This document shows, piece by piece, positions 59,383 to 64,000 of a stretch of 64,000 bases of DNA (position 1 is the first letter of the stretch; every line of letters begins with the position of its first letter). The stretch is from Lytechinus pictus. Lineage: Eukaryota. A program made the position numbers and the translations under genes. Below the pieces are notes generated by a model. It saw only the letters and a program-made list of their open reading frames with translations, had not been told where the DNA came from and searched no databases. The stretch covers positions 13,022,001-13,086,000 of the forward strand of contig NC_087250.1 of the NCBI RefSeq assembly GCF_037042905.1, given 5' to 3'.

Positions 59383-61379
59383 ATTATATATAAAAATAGT
59401 CTGCATATTATATATATATATGTATAGATATATATACAGTTTACCCAACTTACCATTTATATGCTTTATTTATAATACAGTTTTGAGTCTTATACATTAG
59501 CTATCTTTTCGATTTTCACACAAAAAAACATGTATTCATTTTTATCATCGCTATTGTATAAATGTGTTTATTTGTAATTGATCTTAAATAAACTGCAGAA
59601 AATCCTTCCAAAAAAAAAGAAAATTAATAATGTTTATTATTAAAAAATACAAGATGTATTGAATTAAAAAACTCTTTTATTGCATAAAGGAACAAATCAA
59701 TATCCAATCACTATTTCATAAAGATTCGTTGGTATAAATTACTCATGTGTACATGCGGAACAGATAACAAATATTGTATATTTATGGACCAACAATATCA
59801 TGCTTTAAGACAATGAGGATGAAGTAGGCCCCCCTTGTCAGCGGGCAACTGCCTTTATAGATGTTGCTCTTTGGAGGGTTTAATTGCAGCACGTGCCAGA
59901 AGTGTAAAGAAGTGATGATAAAAACAATTCCAACGTGTTGACAATGTGCTTCTGTTATGACTTTTGTCATACAGTGTGTACAGTAATGATGAAAATTTGT
60001 ACCGAGGGCCTAATATATTTCCACTTATTGAGGCCAAAAATAAGTGTCAGTTGTTTCGGACTGACGCGTATTGGTAGGTCTTGCGTGAAAGGCCCAAAGC
60101 CAAGCAACATTTTTTCCCCTTATTCCTTTCTATTAAATATATGTATATATATTTATATATATATATATATATATATATTCATATATATATAAATATATTT
60201 ATAATCCGACCTATCAACCGATCAAAACAGCCTACGTCTGGGTCGTTTATACATGTATATATATATTCCGTATATATACATATATATTCCGTATATATAT
60301 ATATATATGTATATATATATTCCGGCCTAGATCCGCGCCTGAATGCAACAGTGTATACAATGCAACAATATACATGATATAGCTCCACCTCCGAGTGTCG
60401 CTAGCTTAAACTTTGCATAAAATTTATTGAAACATAATTGTCTTTGAATTTTACTACTATCGCTTTACGTTTTGCCTAGCGAGAACCTTGATTGACACAA
60501 TTTGGCTTTTCCTTTTTTTTTTGGTAACGACATGCCTATTATTTCTTGTGTTGATTTTTACACGATTTAATAATAATATAATAACGTTTTATTTACCCAG
60601 GGTAGCGACTTCCTTTAGGAAACTACTTTCCCATGTCTACCAGCGGGCCCTGCATAACATAATATATTATTATTACCCTTTCCCAATCTAAATGCTGAGC
60701 GCCTAGCAAGGCAGAAGGTCAAAGTTTTTAATATGACTCGGTCGAGGATCGAACCCACGACCTCCCGTTTATGAGGTCGACCAGTTGGTCCAATAACCAT
60801 TTGGTCCAATAACCATTTGGTCCAATCATCACTTCGTCTAATCACCAATTAGACCAAATGGTATATTAGACCAACTGGTTATCAATGAAATGGTGAGTGG
60901 ACGAAATGGCAATTAAACTATGTGAATATTGGACGAACCGATGGTAGACCAAACGATAGTAGACGAGTTGGCAATTGGACGAATTGGCATTGGACCAAAT
61001 GAAAATAAGCCACTGCTCCGACCTCTTCTCCAACTGGGCTTCGTCCGACCTATCCACCGATCAAAACAGCCTACGTCTGGGTCGTAATAAGATAAATATC
61101 ATTGGAATTTCAATCCTGCATTGTACAATTTTACTCCGACATGGGGACAACGTCTGAACATGGATAGGTCCATGGTCTGAACTAGGCTTGTTGTGTTCGA
61201 TTAACTTTAACGATGTCAATTGACGTTAACGAGTCCTCCGCACGAGTGATTCCATTCGTGTTATGGGTTGTTTTGGTTCAACCATAGAGCTAGCTCTATG
61301 GTTGAAGCGTGGATGCTGCTAGGATCCATTGTTGAAGTCTAGGAAGTTTATTAGCTGTGTGTAGGTTTGTATTATTTAA

Positions 61380-61764
61380 AGCCCCCATCACACTTATTCC
61401 GAATCAAGCAGAATTGGCCTGAATGAAAGGACTATTGTTTGACCACCAATTGGTCATTTAAATCTACTTCCAACATCGTTCGAGAATACCCCTCGAATGT
61501 TTTGAACGTGACCAAAACCTTCGGGACGGCCAAAAGAAATGACAAAAATATTTCGAATGCACTCAGAATGCAGTCAGAATATTTAGAATGTCCAAGAACG
61601 TAGCACGAATTATCAATCTGACTCCATTGCGGTTCATTTTGACTAGTGTATGATGATACACCTGGTCAATTTACTGAATTTCAACTCCAGTTTGATGAAT
61701 TCATAAGTTCCTCCCAAAAATTTCTAGATTTTTTGAATGATTCCGAATAAGTGTGACGGGGGTA
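61380..61764. mobile_element. Harbinger-like MITE
   Basis: TIR CCCCC(A/G)TCACACTTATTC; TAA TSD. Confidence 0.75.
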
Positions 61765-61767
61765 TAA

Positions 61768-62361
61768 AGGACAAGTCCACCCCAACAAAAAGTTGATTTG
61801 AATAAAAAGAGAAAAATCCAACAAGCATAACACTGAAAATTTCATCAAAATCGGATGTAAAATAAGAAAGTTATGACATGTTAAAGTTTCGCTAAATTTT
61901 CACAAAACAGTTATATGCATATCCTGGTTGGTATGCAAATGAGGAGACTGATGACGTCATCCACTTACTGTTTCTTTTGTATTTTATTATATGAAATATG
62001 AAATATTCTAATTTTCTCCTTATTGTCAAGTGTTACAACGATTAATTCCTCCCTGATCATGTGGAATTAGCGTTATTGAATCCTAAATGGTTCAGTCAAG
62101 TTGGTCCTTATTGTCAAATCTGTAAAAATGAAATATTGTATTATTCAAACAATACAAAAACAAAGGAAATAGTGAGTGATGGACATCATCGACTGACTCA
62201 CCAAGTTGTGCATTATCACTGTTTAGTGAAAAATAAGCGAAACTTTAAAATGTCATAACTTTCTTATTTTACATCCGATTTTGATGAAATTTTCAGCACT
62301 ATGCTAGTTTGATTTTTCTCTATTTATTCGAGTCAGCATTTTCCTGGGGTGGACTTGACCT
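61768..62361. mobile_element. Intact Kolobok-like TTAA MITE, ~594 bp
   Basis: AGGACAAGTCCACCCC...GGGGTGGACTTGACCT-TTAA with long inverted subtermini; other copies near 28501-29085, 41490-41946 and 46880-47365. Confidence 0.85.
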
Positions 62362-64000
62362 TTAACAATAATGAATAGAAAGGGGGGGGGGGTATAAACG
62401 AGAGAGAGAGAGAGAGAGAGAGAAGGGGGAGGCCGGTGTATGGGTCTAACAATATTTTTTTTCCTGAGTCGGGGGGGGGGGGGGTAGCATCAATGGTCCC
62501 ATTCCTGATTTTGTGGGTGATCTTTCTTTACTCTGCAATTCTTAATTGCAATTGAGGAAACTTAAACAACCCCCTTCCGGATATTTGTGAAAATTCGTCA
62601 GAAACAATTATGTTTTAAAAGTTTATGATGAGGATGGGGGGGGGGAGGGGCACTCTTCGCAGACCCTAAAATAAGGTAGGAGGAGACAGATTTCCAAATT
62701 TTCCAAAATTTGAACTTTATCATAATAAGTATAATTATGAGCCTCACTGCCATTTAATAGAAAAAAAACGAATATATCACGGTAAATCACTTTCATTGAA
62801 CAACAAGTGGACAAAATGACAAAGTAATGATTCAAATGAGGATGCAAGTTACTTAACCATACAAAACTATTTATTGCAAAAATACATTACAGTTCGTGAC
62901 AAAGTACAAGTTTGCCGATAGATGGCAGTATATAACAATGGTTCGTATGACAAACTGATCTCTCGCACTCAATTGCAATTACGTAGTAAAACAGCCAATG
63001 ACGGTGTTATTTAAAACCACGTTCTCTATTCGTAATGATTTCGAGCATCATGAATCAATTATTAAAAAGCGATGTTGACATGCGGAAAACTTCATTCATT
63101 CATTCATGGCGGTGGGGGGGGGGCAAATAATATTAAATTCTACACATAATACATTTGGCTCTCTTCCCAAAGGAGAATGCCCTTGACATATTTATCATCC
63201 TATATAATTTGTCAATCGGCAAACAATTTTTCCCCTTTTGCCGTTGATCATAACTACCCCCTACCTCATAAAACAAAATGACGGAGACCTATGAACGTCG
63301 TTGATTGCGTATGAAGATAATACACTAATATCATGTTTCACGATTTTCCAACTTTTATGACAAATCGCAAAGCCTGGTGTAGCATCGTTTATTCATTCTT
63401 AAATGCGTCCGATTATAGTAATATAACACTTAATATTTTACCATAAATTTTATTTATATTACAAAGATTAATTACCAAGAAAAAGAATAAGTATTCACAA
63501 AAAAGAAAATAGAAAACAAATGCTTAATAATATTCAAATTCGAAAGAATATTAAACATCATATATTCAAATATGGCAAGAAGTTAACCTGTCAAGAAATA
63601 AATATTGCTACATATTCAATATACATATGGTACAGTCATATAAACGCCCTCGATAAACTAACCGATAGTATACCAGACGAAAATTTATTCGGTCTGTTTT
63701 AACAGCCGGTGCAACTTGGGTATTAACCATTAATACTTCACTTTGTGACGTCGACTTCGGCCTCTGATGCACAAGCCGCATCCCATACCGGCTTTGAAGC
63801 CACCTCATTCCTGCAATATGGATGGTGATGCACCAATACGCCGAAAAAGAATGAGGCCGCCTTGAGATATTCCGAACTTTTCGCATTTCCTAAGAGGAAC
63901 TCACACCTCACACCACTTCCTTTGAAAATGCAATTAAAATCACAATGGAGAGTTGAGAGGCTTTTGTCGAAAATTAGTGGACTGGGGCAGATGATCATCC

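Overview
AT-rich, repeat-dense eukaryotic DNA. The TE families, poly-G MITEs and gene style suggest an invertebrate deuterostome such as a sea urchin, which is an inference. Two intact spliced genes converge tail to tail. The first is a 12-exon LIV-1 family zinc transporter (ZIP12/ZIP4-like, + strand, 10403..25575, 732 aa) with a full-consensus metal response element just before its start codon. The second is a 3-coding-exon cationic amino acid transporter (SLC7A/CAT, - strand, 45499..37189, 631 aa). The remainder is largely nested transposable elements: the 3' end of a Gmr1-like Gypsy element (RNase H, PPT, LTR), a DD41D Tc1/mariner with ~670-bp TIRs inside a CAT intron, many hAT, Harbinger, Kolobok-like and CACTA-like MITEs (several with clean TSDs), tRNA-derived SINEs and LINE RT remnants. 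The most unusual structure is a Crypton (tyrosine recombinase) composite at 31472..35794. Its modules occur in permuted order and in both orientations, joined at a recurring TAATAT-like 6-bp core, which suggests shufflon-like internal recombination. All coordinates were read by hand; no database searches were run.
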